Assembly (NCBI GenBank): GCA_035720425.1
Contig: DASTOB010000127.1
Location: forward strand, 2,368-66,367
Source of the DNA: Candidatus Limnocylindrales bacterium
GTDB lineage: Bacteria; Chloroflexota; Limnocylindria; Limnocylindrales; CSP1-4
Direction of reading: 5' to 3'
DNA: 64,000 nt
Shown here: positions 62,689 through 64,000 of the stretch, in pieces
Numbering within the stretch: position 1 is the stretch's first letter
Layout: each line of letters starts with the position of its first letter
Position numbers and translations under genes: made by a program
Notes under the pieces: model-generated
The model's database searches: none
What the model was told of the DNA's origin: nothing
The model's input: the letters and a program-made list of their open reading frames with translations, nothing else

Positions 62689-64000
62689 TTACGAGGACGG
62701 TGGCGGCGGGTTGAGGAACCCGCCGAACAGGCCGGGGAAGTACTCGAAGGCACCGGACCGGCCGACGTGGAGCTCGTGGTCGGCATCCCACTGGACGGCG
62801 TAGCTGAGCACCACGTCGTTGGCGTCGAGATCCGAGCCGTCATGGAACTTCACGCCGTCGCGCAGCGTGCAGGTCCACACGGTCAGGTCGTCGTTCGCCG
62901 TGCACTCGGTGGCAAGCGCCGGGACGGTTGCCGTCCCGCCGATCTCGTACGCGTACAGCGACTCCTTGATCTGCTCGCAGATCCGCAGCGTCTCGCCGTC
63001 CGACTCGTCGCCGCAGTACATGCTGAGCGGTTCGGCGTTCTGCATCCAGACGAGCGTGCTCCGGTCACCTGCCTGCATCGGGGCAAATGCCTCGTTGCTG
63101 AGCGGCGAGGAGTGCGCGCCGGTGACATCGGCCTTGAAGACCGTGCCGGAGCCGCCATGGGCCACGATGACCGCCGGGACGTGCTCCTTGATGAGGTTGT
63201 TCGCCTCCTCGTAGGCCGCGCGGCGCTCCTCCTCGTCAGAGGTCTGGCCGCCACGGTTCAGGGCATCGACGATATCCGGGAAGGGCTCGCCGAACTTGGC
63301 GCCGGAGCCCGACCCGAAGTGGTAATCGAGGAAGTTCGTCGCGTCCGGATAGTCGGCGCCCCAGCCGAGGAGGAAGATCCCCTCGAGGGTGCCGGCCGCG
63401 TTCGCGTCGAGGAACGCCCCGGACTCCATGAGCTGCGGGGTCGCGTTGATGCCGAGGTTCGTCTTCAGCTGGTTGGCGATCTCGGTCGCGATGACGGGCG
63501 GGTCCGGCAGGTAGCCGCGGACCGCCGCGCGGAACTGGATCGGGTAGGTCTTCGAGAAGTCGAATCCGGCCTGCTCGAGCAGGTCCCGGCCCTCGGCGGC
63601 GTCGAAGTCCCAGGTGTCCTCGCCCTCGCACGCGAACGGGATCGCACACGGGGTGAAGTGGGTGGCGACGTCCGACCCCTCCGGGTAGAAGTTGTCGACG
63701 AGCCGGTCGCGGTCGATGCCGAGCGCGATCGCCTTGCGGACGTCCACGTCGGTCCACGGCTCGATCGTGTTGTTGAAGCCGAGGTAGAACGTGTTCAGGC
63801 CCTCGCGCGGATAGAACGTGACGTCCGAGTTGGCCCGGATGTCGTCGATGTCATCAGCGCCCGGGTTGTCGATGCCGTCGACCTCGCCGGACTGGAGCTC
63901 CAGCCAGCGCTGAGCGGCCTCGTCGCTCCAGCGGAACTCGACGTTCGGGGTGAGCGCGGCATCGCCCCAGTAGCCGTCGAAGGCCTCGAGCACGATGCGG
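62689..64000 (-). CDS. ABC transporter substrate-binding protein, family 5 (partial; N-terminus beyond the right window edge)
   Basis: Family-5 SBP similarity. The reading frame stays open to position 64000. Confidence 0.85.
   Translation of the reverse strand, partial: RIVLEAFDGYWGDAALTPNVEFRWSDEAAQRWLELQSGEVDGIDNPGADDIDDIRANSDVTFYPREGLNTFYLGFNNTIEPWTDVDVRKAIALGIDRDRLVDNFYPEGSDVATHFTPCAIPFACEGEDTWDFDAAEGRDLLEQAGFDFSKTYPIQFRAAVRGYLPDPPVIATEIANQLKTNLGINATPQLMESGAFLDANAAGTLEGIFLLGWGADYPDATNFLDYHFGSGSGAKFGEPFPDIVDALNRGGQTSDEEERRAAYEEANNLIKEHVPAVIVAHGGSGTVFKADVTGAHSSPLSNEAFAPMQAGDRSTLVWMQNAEPLSMYCGDESDGETLRICEQIKESLYAYEIGGTATVPALATECTANDDLTVWTCTLRDGVKFHDGSDLDANDVVLSYAVQWDADHELHVGRSGAFEYFPGLFGGFLNPPPPSS

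Overview
This is a very GC-rich bacterial chromosomal window; third codon positions are almost all G/C. It consists almost entirely of densely packed core housekeeping genes on both strands.

Gene content, left to right:
- Two unidentified ORFs, a UbiA-type prenyltransferase and a secreted acidic protein.
- parB-parA on the minus strand.
- A methylmalonyl-pathway operon: acyl-CoA carboxyltransferase, biotin carboxylase, BCCP, methylmalonyl-CoA mutase catalytic subunit, epimerase and YbjQ.
- sucC-sucD plus an orphan gene on the minus strand, then icd and sdhCDAB.
- RNase HI, a META-domain lipoprotein and RNase P RNA.
- A small Cys-rich ORF and a LysM membrane protein.
- A long dcw cluster: mraZ, rsmH, small ORF, ftsL, ftsI, murF, mraY, murD, ftsW, murG, murB, ddl, ftsQ, sbp, ftsA. 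It is then interrupted by yjbQ and a divergent surface-protein gene before ftsZ.
- A 2 x 98-bp tandem repeat, then yggS, yggT and a DUF167 gene.
- tRNA-Val(CAC), acnA (minus strand) and a DUF2520 Rossmann protein.
- NUDIX followed by gcvT-gcvH-gcvPA-gcvPB.
- An ECF sigma factor with a zinc-finger anti-sigma factor.
- Two convergent Opp/Dpp-type ABC transporter operons; the last binding-protein gene runs off the right edge.

Having ftsA and sbp at this GC content suggests a Chloroflexota-like or other deep Terrabacteria lineage. Taxonomy cannot be assigned from the sequence alone.

I see no mobile elements, CRISPR arrays, rRNA genes or recognisable defence or accessory islands, and no clearly novel multi-gene system. 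The observations most worth a second look are:
- A 16-bp palindrome present three times around parAB and the carboxylase operon. It could be a non-canonical parS or an operator. It lies close to a pair of inverted DnaA boxes.
- A strongly SD-preceded small ORF translationally coupled to ftsL.
- The ftsA-ftsZ pair split by two unrelated genes.
- An unexplained 112-bp-period tandem repeat downstream of ftsZ.
- Two genes whose conserved N-termini lie upstream of any canonical start codon.
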